A DNA stretch of 64,000 nt, taken from positions 1,920,226 to 1,984,225 of the forward strand of contig OZ244974.1 in the NCBI GenBank assembly GCA_965222955.1, read 5' to 3'. The notes beneath the pieces were generated by a model. That model was not told where the DNA came from. It saw only the letters and a program-made list of their open reading frames with translations, and searched no databases. Position 1 is the first letter of the stretch, and each line of letters opens with the position of its first letter. Source of the DNA: Hyphomicrobiales bacterium. Lineage in GTDB: Bacteria; Pseudomonadota; Alphaproteobacteria; Rhizobiales; CBDCVD01. Shown here piece by piece: positions 44,125 to 54,416 of the stretch. The position numbers were made by a program, and so were the translations under genes.

Positions 44125-45537
44125 TTGACACGCAATACTCATACGACACTTAACGAACAACTCGGCGATCTGATCGGCGACAAAAGCAGGGTCAGTACGA
44201 CCGCCGAGGTCATCGCCGCACACAGCCACGATGCCTGGCCCGTTGCCGTCAAGGAACGCCAGGCCGGTGAACAAAACCATGCCCCGGACATTGTGGTCCT
44301 GGCGACGTCAACCCAGGAGGTCTCAAGGGTTCTGGCGTTTGCCAATGCCAATCGCGTTCCCGTTACCGCCTGGGGGCGTGGCTCTTCGGTGGTCGGCGCG
44401 CCCCTGGCGGAGGCCGGCGGCATTTGCCTCGACACATCGAAAATGAATGCGCTCGTCCATATCGATGCGCGCAATTCCACGGTTACGGCACAGGCGGGTA
44501 TCGTCGGCGGTTATCTGGAGGAATTGTTGAACAGGGAGGGGCTGACGATGAATTTCTCGCCCCAGTCGTTGCACCGTTCCTCCATTGGCGGTTGGGTTGC
44601 GACTCGCGCCACCGGCCAGTTTTCAAGCCGCTACGGCGGGATCGAGGACGCTTTGGTCGCCATTGAGGCGGTGCTGGCCGATGGCACGGTCATCAATACG
44701 CTGAAACTGCCGAGGATGTCGGTCGGCCCGGATATCAACAATATTTTCCTTGGATCCGAGGGCTGTTTCGGCGTCGTAACCCAGGTCACGCTGCGCATCT
44801 ACCCGAAGCCCGAGACGCGTCTGTTCAAAACAATCGACTTTCCCGATGTAAAAAGCGGCGTGAACGCCATGCGGGCATTTATGACAACGGGGCTAAAGCC
44901 CTTTCTGCTGCGCTTTTATGACTTGCAGGAGGCACGTTTTGCCATGCATGACGCGGCCTATCCGAATCCGGTGATGTTTCTCGGCACCGATGGGTTGTCG
45001 GACATGGCGGCGGCCGAAATGGCGGCCTGCGTCAGGGCGGCCGAAGCCCATGGCGGTGCCGTTGTGGATAACGGCGGCACCGAGGCCTGGATGAGCCGCC
45101 GATTCGACTTCTCCAAAATCGAAGACGTTCTGGGCGAAGCCGGCGGCGTCGCCGAGACCATCGAGATCAGCAGCGACTGGGATGGAATCCTGAAGACCCA
45201 TGCGATACTCAAGGAGCGGCTTGGACACGTGTCGCAACACGTGTTGGGCCACTTCTCGCACGCCTATGTCAACGGGGTATCGCTCTACATGATTCTTGTC
45301 GGCGAAGAGGCCGATCTGGAGGCTTCGCGGGCACGGATCGACGAAATCTGGCGAATTTCCATGGAAGGCGCGTTGGAAACCGGCGCTTCAATCGCCCACC
45401 ATCACGGCGCGGGTATGGCGCGGTCGCGTTATGTACGCCGATCGCTGGGCCGCGCCCATGACGTGTTAATGCGGCTCAAGGCGAGTCTGGATCCGAACGG
45501 CATCCTGAACCCGGGCAAACTCGGGTTGGGGTGGTAA
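44125..45537 (+). CDS. FAD-linked oxidase (alkyl-DHAP-synthase-like branch of the VAO/PCMH family)
   Basis: 470 aa. FAD-binding N-terminal domain (VTAWGRGSSVVG). The C-terminal GHFSHAYVNGVSLYMIL...SIAHHHGAGMARSRY resembles the AGPS-type SHxYxxGxxLYF...SHHHGVG pattern rather than the GlcD GHxGDGNxH pattern. Confidence 0.65.
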   Translation: MTRNTHTTLNEQLGDLIGDKSRVSTTAEVIAAHSHDAWPVAVKERQAGEQNHAPDIVVLATSTQEVSRVLAFANANRVPVTAWGRGSSVVGAPLAEAGGICLDTSKMNALVHIDARNSTVTAQAGIVGGYLEELLNREGLTMNFSPQSLHRSSIGGWVATRATGQFSSRYGGIEDALVAIEAVLADGTVINTLKLPRMSVGPDINNIFLGSEGCFGVVTQVTLRIYPKPETRLFKTIDFPDVKSGVNAMRAFMTTGLKPFLLRFYDLQEARFAMHDAAYPNPVMFLGTDGLSDMAAAEMAACVRAAEAHGGAVVDNGGTEAWMSRRFDFSKIEDVLGEAGGVAETIEISSDWDGILKTHAILKERLGHVSQHVLGHFSHAYVNGVSLYMILVGEEADLEASRARIDEIWRISMEGALETGASIAHHHGAGMARSRYVRRSLGRAHDVLMRLKASLDPNGILNPGKLGLGW

Positions 45538-45541
45538 AGCC

Positions 45542-47083
45542 ATGGTGCAGACCGTCCAAAACGCCGAATACGATCTGGCCGTTATTGGCGGTGGCATCAA
45601 CGGCGCCGGTATTGCCGCCGACGCGGCCGGTCGCGGCCTGAAGGTTGTCCTGCTGGAAAGCGACGATTTCGCCAGCGGGACCAGTTCGGCCTCATCCAAG
45701 CTCCTGCACGGCGGATTGCGTTATCTTGAGCAGTATGCGTTCCGGCTGGTGCGTGCAGCGCTGGTCGAACGCGAAGTGCTGCTGCACAAGGCCCCGCATC
45801 TGGTCAAACCGCTTCGCTTCGTTCTGCCGGTAACGCCCGGTATGCGGCCGGCCTGGCTGTTGCGGCTCGGGCTGTTCCTGTACGATACCATGGCGCGGCG
45901 CACGCTGCCGGCAACGCAAAGTGTCCGGCTGTCGCGCTTTGCCGACCGAATGGGGTTTCAGCCCCATCTGGAGCGGGCGTTTGTTTATTCGGACTGCTGG
46001 ACCGACGATGCGCGGCTGGTCATCGCCAATGTCCTGACCGCCCAACGTCACGGGGCGACCATCCTCGCCCGCAACCGGTTGGTCTCCGCCCGGCGCGAGA
46101 GTGATGCGTGGGCTATCGAGACGAAGAACACCGTGAACGGCGCTACCGGCACCATGCGCGCGCGCGGCGTGGTCAATGCCGCCGGGCCCTGGGTTGAACC
46201 TGTAGCCAACGCTCTGGGTATGCAATCGCGGGATTTTGCCATCCGCAAGATCAAGGGCTCGCATCTCGTTGTTCCGCGACTCTGGGAGGGCGATCATGCC
46301 GCCTTTCTGCAACTCAGGGACGGGCGCATTCTGGTCATCGTGCCATTTCACGATGACTATACGCTGGTAGGCACCACCGATGTCGAAACCGACGGGGATA
46401 TGCGCGGCATCGACATCTCGGATGCCGAAACCGAGTATCTGCTGGAGGCAATCAACAGCTATTTCGCGCGCCAGACCCGCAAGGAAGACATCGTCTGGTC
46501 CTTTGCCGGTGTGCGGCCGCTGTTCGAAACCATCGAGGCCAACACTGATAACCCCTCGGCGATCACGCGCGACTACGCGTTTCGCATTGACGACGAGGCG
46601 GGCGGAACGCCGATTCTGACCGTGCTGGGCGGTAAATTGACCACGTATCGGGAACTGGCCACCCAGGCGTTGGACAAGCTGAAGGCGTATTTTCCCCGCA
46701 TGAGCGCATCGCGCACGCAGACCGAGCCATTGGCCGGAGGGGAACTCGGCAATCTGACATTGGCGGATTTCACCCGGGAACTGCAAGGGGACTATCCGTT
46801 CCTTGCCAATACCCTGGCCTGGCGTCTGGCAAGTACTTACGGCAGCCGCGCCAGGGAACTGCTGGGTGATGCGCGCTCAATGGCTGATTTGGGGGCAAAT
46901 CTCGGTGCCGATTTTACCGAAATGGAGCTGGCGTTCCTCGTGCGGACCGAATGGGCGTACACGCTGGACGACGTGATCTGGCGGCGTACCAAACTCGGCC
47001 TTCGCCTCGATGCATCGGAAAAATCCGTCATTGCTGACCGTTTGGCGCGGCTGCATCGCAAGGGGAAACAGTTCAGTGCTTGA
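45542..47083 (+). CDS. glpD: FAD-dependent glycerol-3-phosphate dehydrogenase family (GlpD/EryB-like)
   Basis: YDLAVIGGGINGAGIAADAAGRGLKVVLLESDDFASGTSSASSKLLHGGLRYLEQ. Confidence 0.85.
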   Translation: MVQTVQNAEYDLAVIGGGINGAGIAADAAGRGLKVVLLESDDFASGTSSASSKLLHGGLRYLEQYAFRLVRAALVEREVLLHKAPHLVKPLRFVLPVTPGMRPAWLLRLGLFLYDTMARRTLPATQSVRLSRFADRMGFQPHLERAFVYSDCWTDDARLVIANVLTAQRHGATILARNRLVSARRESDAWAIETKNTVNGATGTMRARGVVNAAGPWVEPVANALGMQSRDFAIRKIKGSHLVVPRLWEGDHAAFLQLRDGRILVIVPFHDDYTLVGTTDVETDGDMRGIDISDAETEYLLEAINSYFARQTRKEDIVWSFAGVRPLFETIEANTDNPSAITRDYAFRIDDEAGGTPILTVLGGKLTTYRELATQALDKLKAYFPRMSASRTQTEPLAGGELGNLTLADFTRELQGDYPFLANTLAWRLASTYGSRARELLGDARSMADLGANLGADFTEMELAFLVRTEWAYTLDDVIWRRTKLGLRLDASEKSVIADRLARLHRKGKQFSA

Positions 47084-47897
47084 GGCGGCGATACCGGCCG
47101 ATCGGGCCATTGAGATCTATGACGGCTATTTCTTCGATCTTGACGGAACGATTTATCTTGGCGACCGGCTGCTGCCCGGCGTCCTGGAGCTTTTTCGCTG
47201 GCTCGATGACAGTGGGCGGCCCTACGCGTTTGTCACCAACAATCCCACAAAGTCGCCGACGGACTACGAAGCGCGGCTCGGCGCCCATGGCATAAATGCC
47301 GCCGGGCGGATCGTCACCTCGGCGACTGCCACCATCGCCTGGCTGACCAGGAACATGCCCGACGCGGTCGTCTATGCGGTTTCGGAACAGCCCCTGCGGG
47401 ATGCATTCGAGGCGGCGGGGTTCGAAATTTCCGATGATCCCGCGCGCATCGACGTGGTGGTGGCGAGTTTTGACAGAACATTCGAATATTCAAAACTCGA
47501 TATTGCGTTCCAGGCGCTGGCCGAGGAAAAGCGGGCCATCCTGGTGGCCACCAATCCCGACCGTTACTGCCCGATGGAGGGCCGCCTCGGCGTTCCTGAT
47601 GCAGCAGCCATTATTGGCGCCATCGAAAGCAGCACCGAAGTAAAATGCAGCCACATCTTTGGCAAGCCATCGCCCCTTCTCGCCCAGATCACCGCCGACC
47701 TGCTACAGGTCGATCTTCTGCGTTCCGTTATGGTGGGCGACCGGCTTTACACCGATATTGCCATGGCCATCGCCGCGGGAATGAGCAGCGCGCTCGTCTT
47801 GACCGGCGACAGTAATCTTGGCGAAGTCGAGGCGCTGCCCGCTGCGGATCGGCCGACGCTTTGCCTTTCTCAAATCGACGCTCTGATCCCGGCATGA
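47076..47897 (+). CDS. HAD-superfamily subfamily IIA phosphatase (NagD/AraL-like)
   Basis: GTG 47076 overlaps the glpD end. YFFDLDGTIYLGDRLLPG (DxDGT motif). ...VMVGDRLYTDIAMA. Confidence 0.8.
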   Translation: MLEAAIPADRAIEIYDGYFFDLDGTIYLGDRLLPGVLELFRWLDDSGRPYAFVTNNPTKSPTDYEARLGAHGINAAGRIVTSATATIAWLTRNMPDAVVYAVSEQPLRDAFEAAGFEISDDPARIDVVVASFDRTFEYSKLDIAFQALAEEKRAILVATNPDRYCPMEGRLGVPDAAAIIGAIESSTEVKCSHIFGKPSPLLAQITADLLQVDLLRSVMVGDRLYTDIAMAIAAGMSSALVLTGDSNLGEVEALPAADRPTLCLSQIDALIPA

Positions 47898-47913
47898 ATT
47901 GAGGGCTCCGTGG

Positions 47914-49359
47914 ATGCAAACGCCGAATTTCAAGTTCGACCCTACTGATATCGACACGTTCTATACCCGGGCCGAAGCCGTGGAGGGGCGCGCGCTTGGA
48001 GCGTCGGAACTGCGCAAGGTCATCTGCAACGAGAACGCCATCCTCGAATTACCCGGGATCATTCGGCTCTGCCAGCACGACGACCGGCCACGGGCGATCA
48101 TCATTCAGGATGCCACGCCCATGCGGCGCGGCGACTGTGCGTTGAAACCCCTGGTGCGGCGCATACTCGAAGAGGCGGGAATTGCTGTCGAGACACATAC
48201 ATTCGAGACGGCAGGCGATCAGTTGAAGACCACGCCCGAGACAATTGCCGAGGCCCGTTCAAAAATTGATCCAGGTGCGGCGATTGTCGCTCTGGGTTCA
48301 GGCTGTATAACGGACATCGTAAAACACGCATGTTTCGAGGTTGAGGAACAACGTGGCGTCCAGCCGGTTCTGATTGCCGTTCAAACCGCCAACTCCGTTT
48401 GCGCGTTCACCTCGCGGATGACGGTTATTACGAAAAACGGCGTCAAACGCACTGTGCCGAGCCGCCTGGCGAATACACTGATATTGGACACGCAGATCCT
48501 GCGGGACGCACCGGCGCTATACAGGACAGGCGGGCTTGGCGATGTCGCCGTCGGTGCCTCGACGTTCGCCGATTTGCAGCTTGCCGACGATCTGAATATG
48601 GGCGCGTGGAACCAGACCGCCTACGAAAGCAGCGTCGATTTGCGCGAAATCCTGCTATCGGGTCATCCGGTAATTCGCGATACGGGGCTTGCGGGACAGG
48701 AGGCGGCAGGAAAGCTGTTGACCATTGCCGGACTGGCCCTGACCGTATCCGGCGACAGCGCGCCGCTGTCCGGATATGAACACGTTACGTCTCATATGCT
48801 CGACATGGTGGCAAAGGCAAATGCGCGGCCCGTGTCCAATCACGGTCATCAATGTGCCCTGGCCACTGTTCTGACCCTGTTGCTTTATGACGAGGTGAGG
48901 GCGCGTCTGGAGCCGTCGACTTTGTCTCTTCAGGCGTGTTTTCCCGAACAGGCGGACATGGAAGAGCGGATCGGAAACACGTTCAGGCATATCGACGCCA
49001 CGGGCGATGCCGCACGGGAGTGTCTTTCCGACTACACGCAAAAACTGGCGAACTGGAAGAAAAATCGCCCCGTATTCGAGAACTACCTCGCCAATTGGAA
49101 GGCGCATCGCGTGGCGCTCGAGACGCATTTGATGCCCGTCGACGCCTTTGTCAACATCCTTCGCAGCTTCGGACACCCGATGCGCTTTGAAGACCTTGAG
49201 GTTCCGTTGACGCGCGAGGAGGTTCGCTGGGCATTTTTCAACGCCCACCTGATGCGAAAACGGTTTACGATCGGCGATTTTGCCTATTTTTGCGGCATGT
49301 TCGATGAAGAAACCTGCACCAGGATATTCCAAAAGTTCGACGCATTGACATCAACCTGA
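47914..49359 (+). CDS. Iron-type alcohol dehydrogenase superfamily; sn-glycerol-1-phosphate dehydrogenase (AraM/EgsA)-like
   Basis: ALGSGCITDIVKHA, SGYEHVTSHMLD and NHGHQCALA are metal/NAD motifs. It has a longer C-terminus than typical AraM. The start is ATG 47914 (or TTG 47899). Confidence 0.6.
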   Translation: MQTPNFKFDPTDIDTFYTRAEAVEGRALGASELRKVICNENAILELPGIIRLCQHDDRPRAIIIQDATPMRRGDCALKPLVRRILEEAGIAVETHTFETAGDQLKTTPETIAEARSKIDPGAAIVALGSGCITDIVKHACFEVEEQRGVQPVLIAVQTANSVCAFTSRMTVITKNGVKRTVPSRLANTLILDTQILRDAPALYRTGGLGDVAVGASTFADLQLADDLNMGAWNQTAYESSVDLREILLSGHPVIRDTGLAGQEAAGKLLTIAGLALTVSGDSAPLSGYEHVTSHMLDMVAKANARPVSNHGHQCALATVLTLLLYDEVRARLEPSTLSLQACFPEQADMEERIGNTFRHIDATGDAARECLSDYTQKLANWKKNRPVFENYLANWKAHRVALETHLMPVDAFVNILRSFGHPMRFEDLEVPLTREEVRWAFFNAHLMRKRFTIGDFAYFCGMFDEETCTRIFQKFDALTST

Positions 49360-49373
49360 AACAGGGGAGCGCC

Positions 49374-50876
49374 ATGACGCACTATATCGCAGCGGCCGAC
49401 AGCGGCACGACAGGGGCCAAGGCAGTTATCTACGATCTTGCCGGTGAGCCCATGGCGGCGGCCTATCGGGAATACGGGCTGATCTTTCCGAAACCCGGCT
49501 GGGTCGATCAGGATGCAAATATGCTGCGCGATGTATGCTTCGAGGTTATCCGCGAAGCCGTGACCAAAAGCGCGATCGATCCTGCGGAGATCGTTGCCGT
49601 TTGCCTGTCGACGCAGCGGTGCACGATGGTACCGGTCGATGAGGCGGGCAACGCGCTTCGCGAGGCGATCTCCTGGCAGGACAATCGCACCGATGCGCAG
49701 TGCGAGGAAATCAGGGCCAAAATCGGCGGCGATGAATTCTACGATCGCACCGGGCTACCGGTTGCCAATGTCTGGACGTTGCCAAAGATCATGTGGCTGC
49801 GCGAACATGAGCCCACGCTCTATGCGAAGGCCCACAAGTTCGTGAATGTGCAGGCCTATCTGAACAGAGCCCTGGGCGCGGAAGGCTTCGTCGATGATTA
49901 CTCGAACGTGTCTCTTCACGGGCTCATGTCGCTGACCGATCTGGAGTGGATCGATGCGTACATTCAGGCCCTTGGCCTTGATGCGGCAAAACTGCCCCGG
50001 CTTGTCGGATCAGGCGAAAAGGTCGGTAACGTCAGTAGCAACGGCGCGGCGGCGACCGGGCTGCTGGCGGGAACCCCGATCATTTCAGGTGCCGGGGACC
50101 AGCAATGCGCCGCTGTCGGATGCAACGTCCTGAAAGAGGGGGACTGCGAGGTTACGCTGGGCACCGCCGGTGTTGCGATCTGTTCACTGGACAGACCCAA
50201 TCTCGATCCGGACCGCACCATGCCGTGCCTTGTTCATGCGCTGGCGGGGAAATACACCTGCGAGGGGCTGCAGAACGCCGCTGGCGCCTCATTCAAATGG
50301 CTTCGCAACGTGTTGCAGGAGGCGCAGGACGGCTCCGAGGTCGACTATGATCACCTGACCGGGCTGGCTGCGAGTTCGGTGCGCGGCGCGAACGGCCTGC
50401 TCTTTCTGCCCTATCTCGCAGGCGCTGCCGCCCCGCTCTGGGACGGCTCGGCACGGGGAAATCTCTTTGGCATGTCGCTTGCCAACGGCCTTGCCGATGT
50501 GTCGCGCGCGGTATTGGAGGGCATTAGCTTCGAGACGGCGATGATCCTTGAAAACTTTGCCCGGCGCGGGATCAATATTGAGAAAGTGCGTGCCTCCGGT
50601 GGCGGTGCAAAGTCGGAATTCTGGGGCCAACTCCAGGCGGACATCTACGGCTTGCCGGTTCAGCGCCTGAAGGTTGACGATGCGACCATTCTTGGGGCTG
50701 CGATACTTGGCGCAGCCGGGGCCGGCGCTTATGGGTCGGTTGAGGAGGCGGCCGATGCCATGGTTCATGCGATCAGCGAATATGTGCCCGATAAAAGTGC
50801 TTCGTGTGAATATGGTCACATCCGCAAGAGATTTACCAGTCTTTACGTCTCGCTGAAGGACGGTGGCATGTTCTGA
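49374..50876 (+). CDS. FGGY-family carbohydrate/polyol kinase
   Basis: 500 aa. IAAADSGTTGAKAVIYD, ISWQDNRT and GGGAKSEFWGQLQADIYG. Confidence 0.85.
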   Translation: MTHYIAAADSGTTGAKAVIYDLAGEPMAAAYREYGLIFPKPGWVDQDANMLRDVCFEVIREAVTKSAIDPAEIVAVCLSTQRCTMVPVDEAGNALREAISWQDNRTDAQCEEIRAKIGGDEFYDRTGLPVANVWTLPKIMWLREHEPTLYAKAHKFVNVQAYLNRALGAEGFVDDYSNVSLHGLMSLTDLEWIDAYIQALGLDAAKLPRLVGSGEKVGNVSSNGAAATGLLAGTPIISGAGDQQCAAVGCNVLKEGDCEVTLGTAGVAICSLDRPNLDPDRTMPCLVHALAGKYTCEGLQNAAGASFKWLRNVLQEAQDGSEVDYDHLTGLAASSVRGANGLLFLPYLAGAAAPLWDGSARGNLFGMSLANGLADVSRAVLEGISFETAMILENFARRGINIEKVRASGGGAKSEFWGQLQADIYGLPVQRLKVDDATILGAAILGAAGAGAYGSVEEAADAMVHAISEYVPDKSASCEYGHIRKRFTSLYVSLKDGGMF

Positions 50877-50922
50877 GGCTGCATCGCAGGGCCCATGCCC
50901 ACTATTGCGATCAGGCAGGATA

Positions 50923-51187
50923 GTCGAATGTGAAAAAGTCCCTCGTCTTTGCCTTGGTCTAATTTTCCCATTCAACTATAGCGTCGGGCGTTTAAATTGC
51001 AACAATAGCCCCGGTTCCGGATGAGAGAAAGGCGAAAATGGGGCCTTGGACAGTGGTCTCGCTATCCTTTTTCAGCCCATTGTCCCTGATAAACCCATCG
51101 GGTACAGGGGGCCATTCTGGCGGCAAGGGTGTTCAGAGATATTACTTCCGGTGTGCCTGTCCCGGGAACAACCTGCTGAAAGATCGC
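50923..51187. repeat. Repeat cluster (B hairpin, a 45-bp motif shared with 38772-38815, and family C)
   Basis: B is at 50923-50976. atagcgtcgggcgtttaaattgcaacaatagccccggt is at 50978-51015. C is at 51066-51187. Confidence 0.8.
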
Positions 51188-51189
51188 AT

Positions 51190-51573
51190 CTAAAGGGATG
51201 TATCGAACGCACCCGTGATATGCCGCGGCCAGGTGCGGGGCGCCATGGCGACCACATCAAAGCGCAAATCCCGGGCCGCCCAGGCCGGATTGGCAGCAAG
51301 CCAGCCGTTGGCAGCCGCCACAATGCGCGCCCGCTGGCGCGCCGTGAGCGCGTTAAGGGCCTCATCCATGGTGCGCCGCGCCTTGACCTCCACAAAGGCC
51401 ACCAGGTGCCCGCGCCGGGCAATGAGATCAATCTCGCCATAAGTGTTACGATAGCGCCGCGCCAGGATCCGATAGCCCTTTAGACGCAGCATGATCATGG
51501 CGCCCATCTCCGCCGCAACGCCGGTATCGTAGGCCCGTCTGTTTGATGTTTTGTGTCCTGCGCTTTCAGACAT
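51190..51573 (-). CDS. yraN: YraN-family (UPF0102) endonuclease-like protein
   Basis: GVAAEMGAMIMLRLKGYRILARRYRNTYGEIDLIARRGHLVAFVEVKAR. Confidence 0.85.
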   Translation of the reverse strand: MSESAGHKTSNRRAYDTGVAAEMGAMIMLRLKGYRILARRYRNTYGEIDLIARRGHLVAFVEVKARRTMDEALNALTARQRARIVAAANGWLAANPAWAARDLRFDVVAMAPRTWPRHITGAFDTSL

Positions 51574-52507
51574 CCGGCTCTTTCTCCCCGGTCACGGGCT
51601 CTGCCCGCATCGCCAACGCCCTTTGATACACCATTCGGCGGGGCACATCCATCTGGCTGGCGATCATTGCGGCAATCGTCTTCAGGGGCAGACCCCGGGC
51701 TGCGAGGGCGCTAATCCGTGCCTCCATTGATAGTGCCGCCAGGGAGCGCTCCGCTGACGTAGGCTCACCAGCACCCTCCAGCACAATCACGTGCTCGCCC
51801 CGAATGGCCGCGTCCGGCTGTATAGTGGCCACCATTTCGCCCAGCGGCCGGCGCTCCCATGTCTCGAACTTCTTGGTCATCTCGCGCGCCACAACGGCGC
51901 GGCGGTCGGCGCCACAATGGTGCAACAGGTCGTTCAGCGTTTTGTGAAGCCGATGGGGCGCCTCAAACAATACCACCGTCACTGTCGCGCGCGCCACGCG
52001 GGTGAGCATTCTGCGACGCGCCTTTCCCCGTGTGGGCAGGAATCCGGCGAAATAAAACTGATCGACCGGCAGCCCCGCGCCCACCAGCGCCGTGAGCACC
52101 GCACTGGCCCCGGGAACCGCAACGAGCGGATGGCCAGCCGCGATAACCGCTGCTACCAGACGTGCTCCGGGGTCTGATATCAGCGGCGTTCCCGCATCGC
52201 TAACCAGCGCGACGGCTTTTCCGTCCTGCAGCGCGTCAATGATTCTCGGGATCTGCCGCGCGGCGTTTTGGGGACGGTAGCTGCGCGTAGGTGTGATGAT
52301 GGAGAAATGCGCGAGCAACTGACGTGTCCGGCGAGTATCCTCGCACCAGCACGTATCGACTCCGGCCAGGGTTTGCAACGCTCGCAGACTTGTATCGGCC
52401 AGATTGCCGATGGGCGTTGCGACGACGTACAGGCCGCTGGTCAGGGCAGGGGCGCTAAGTTGGTGGCCATCGATCGTAAACGTGGTGATTCGTTCCACTT
52501 GCGTCAT
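51566..52507 (-). CDS. rsmI: 16S rRNA (cytidine1402-2'-O)-methyltransferase
   Basis: LYVVATPIGNLADTSLRAL...CEDTRRT with a tetrapyrrole-methylase fold. It overlaps yraN by 8 nt. Confidence 0.9.
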   Translation of the reverse strand: MTQVERITTFTIDGHQLSAPALTSGLYVVATPIGNLADTSLRALQTLAGVDTCWCEDTRRTRQLLAHFSIITPTRSYRPQNAARQIPRIIDALQDGKAVALVSDAGTPLISDPGARLVAAVIAAGHPLVAVPGASAVLTALVGAGLPVDQFYFAGFLPTRGKARRRMLTRVARATVTVVLFEAPHRLHKTLNDLLHHCGADRRAVVAREMTKKFETWERRPLGEMVATIQPDAAIRGEHVIVLEGAGEPTSAERSLAALSMEARISALAARGLPLKTIAAMIASQMDVPRRMVYQRALAMRAEPVTGEKEPDV

Positions 52508-52823
52508 AAATTCGTGTTCCGGAGTGATGTATTCTTAAAGTTGTAGAAAATACGATGAAAATACACTTATATAGTGCAGTCAAAGAACATTCCCGTATGT
52601 CACGAATGCGTAAGGTAAAACGCTAAAACCGGATGGTCCGCACACCGCCGGGTGCGAAAAGATTCGCTGGAGACGAACGAAAACCTTTGACAAACAGTGG
52701 GAAAGGCGATCAAAATAGTTAACATATAACTAACGCAGATACCAGTTCGAATAAGAATAAACAAATATTCAAGGAGATGGTATTGACTCAGACAGGTTGA
52801 TCTCACACGCGGTGGAGGCAGGA

Positions 52824-54164
52824 ATGCATAATTTGGGTTTCAGAAAATACACTAAAATAGCGAAATATACTACTTTAACAGCACTTACTGGAGTAAGCGC
52901 ACTCTTAGCTGGATGCAACAACCCGGTGATTACCGGCAGCAACGCCTTGTCGGATTTGGGCGGCACCGCCCCGTCGCAGTTCCAACAGGTGAGTGCTGGC
53001 CTTTTATCCGGCGCAATACGCGGCAACAGCGACTGTACAGCGCTTGCGTCCGCAGGACCTTTCGGCGGGCAGGACGTGTTTGGCAACGGGCCGACAAACA
53101 TCGCCTTTTTGCTGCCACTCTCATCACCGGGCCCGACGGGAAGACTTGCCAGAGACCTGCGCAATGCCGCCGAACTGGCGGTCAAGGAGAACGTTGCACG
53201 AAAAGTGACCGTCTTTGTCAAGGACACCTGCGGCAGTCCGGCGGTTGCCGCGAAAGTGGCCCAACAGGCCATCGCCCAGGGCGCAAGGGTCCTTATTGGC
53301 CCATTGCAACCCGAGAGCGTTGCCAGTGTGGCGCAACTGGCGCAGCGGGCCTCGGTTCCGGTTCTCGGCTTTTCCGCCGATGCCGGCGTTGCCGGTGCCA
53401 GTGTGTATCTGATGTCGCTGTTGCCGCAGAATTCCATCGATCAGGTCGTGCGATATGCCCACGGGCAGAACCTGCGCCGTTATGCTGCCGTATTACCCCA
53501 GAGCCGTTACGGTCAACTGGCGGCACGGCAGATGCAGACAACACTTGACAACCTCGGGGGAACCATCGAAACGGTTGTCCAGTATGGTGCTTCGCGCCAG
53601 GCAATGCAGCGGGCAGCGGTGCAGGCGGCGCGCCAAATCCAGGCCGGAGGGGGTGTTGATGCCATTCTCGTCCCCGATGCCACGGAAAAAGCGGCTGCCG
53701 TTGTAGAAGCCCTGTGTTATGCCGGCATTGATACCAAGAAGGTTCGCGTGCTGGGCTCTGGTCAGTGGTCGAACTCGGCTGCGTTAAAGAGCGATGCGCT
53801 GGACGGAGCATGGTATCCGGGGTTATCATCAGGTGGCTATGAAGCGTTCGCAGGGCGTTATTTACAGGCATTTGGCGCCGAGCCCCTGCGCCGCGCCGGC
53901 TTCGCCTATGATGCGACGCTGCTGGCGGCCGCCATTACCGACAACGGACGGTTGGTGCCGAATTATCGTGAAGTCCTTACCTCCGGGCAGGGCTTTCGCG
54001 GCGTCGATGGCATTTTCCGGCTGCGCCCGAACGGCGCCAATGAGCGCGGCATGGCCATTTACCGCGCCGCCAAAACCGGTGCTACCATCATTAGCGACGC
54101 GCCGGCAGACTTTTCAGGCAGTCAAATCGGGTCAAACGCTCAAACCGCGCTGACGATCGAATAG
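52824..54164 (+). CDS. LpoA-like penicillin-binding-protein activator / PBP-type-I lipoprotein, paralog 1
   Basis: GGAGG, then 5 nt, then the ATG. Lipobox LLAGCN. It is divergent from rsmI, as lpoA is from rsmI in enterobacteria. Leu/Ile/Val-binding-protein-like fold. Confidence 0.65.
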   Translation: MHNLGFRKYTKIAKYTTLTALTGVSALLAGCNNPVITGSNALSDLGGTAPSQFQQVSAGLLSGAIRGNSDCTALASAGPFGGQDVFGNGPTNIAFLLPLSSPGPTGRLARDLRNAAELAVKENVARKVTVFVKDTCGSPAVAAKVAQQAIAQGARVLIGPLQPESVASVAQLAQRASVPVLGFSADAGVAGASVYLMSLLPQNSIDQVVRYAHGQNLRRYAAVLPQSRYGQLAARQMQTTLDNLGGTIETVVQYGASRQAMQRAAVQAARQIQAGGGVDAILVPDATEKAAAVVEALCYAGIDTKKVRVLGSGQWSNSAALKSDALDGAWYPGLSSGGYEAFAGRYLQAFGAEPLRRAGFAYDATLLAAAITDNGRLVPNYREVLTSGQGFRGVDGIFRLRPNGANERGMAIYRAAKTGATIISDAPADFSGSQIGSNAQTALTIE

Positions 54165-54416
54165 CCCGAATCGCACGCCGTCGGCTTGAGTTTGCGGGCT
54201 CGCGGGCCGTTCCGGCTATGTCCCTGGAACGCTTGTGCGCCCGCCTTCGCCGTGGCTGAGCCGCCGGAATTTGTTGTTTATTATCAATTCCCTTGAACGC
54301 CATATTGGTCTAAAATAAAGCAGGCACTGGCGCTGTTGCGGCGCGCGAGCGGAGTGCTGCTCGCACACGGTGGCTGTTTTGATGCGGGATCAACACAATA
54401 AGCGGTGGAGGCGATT

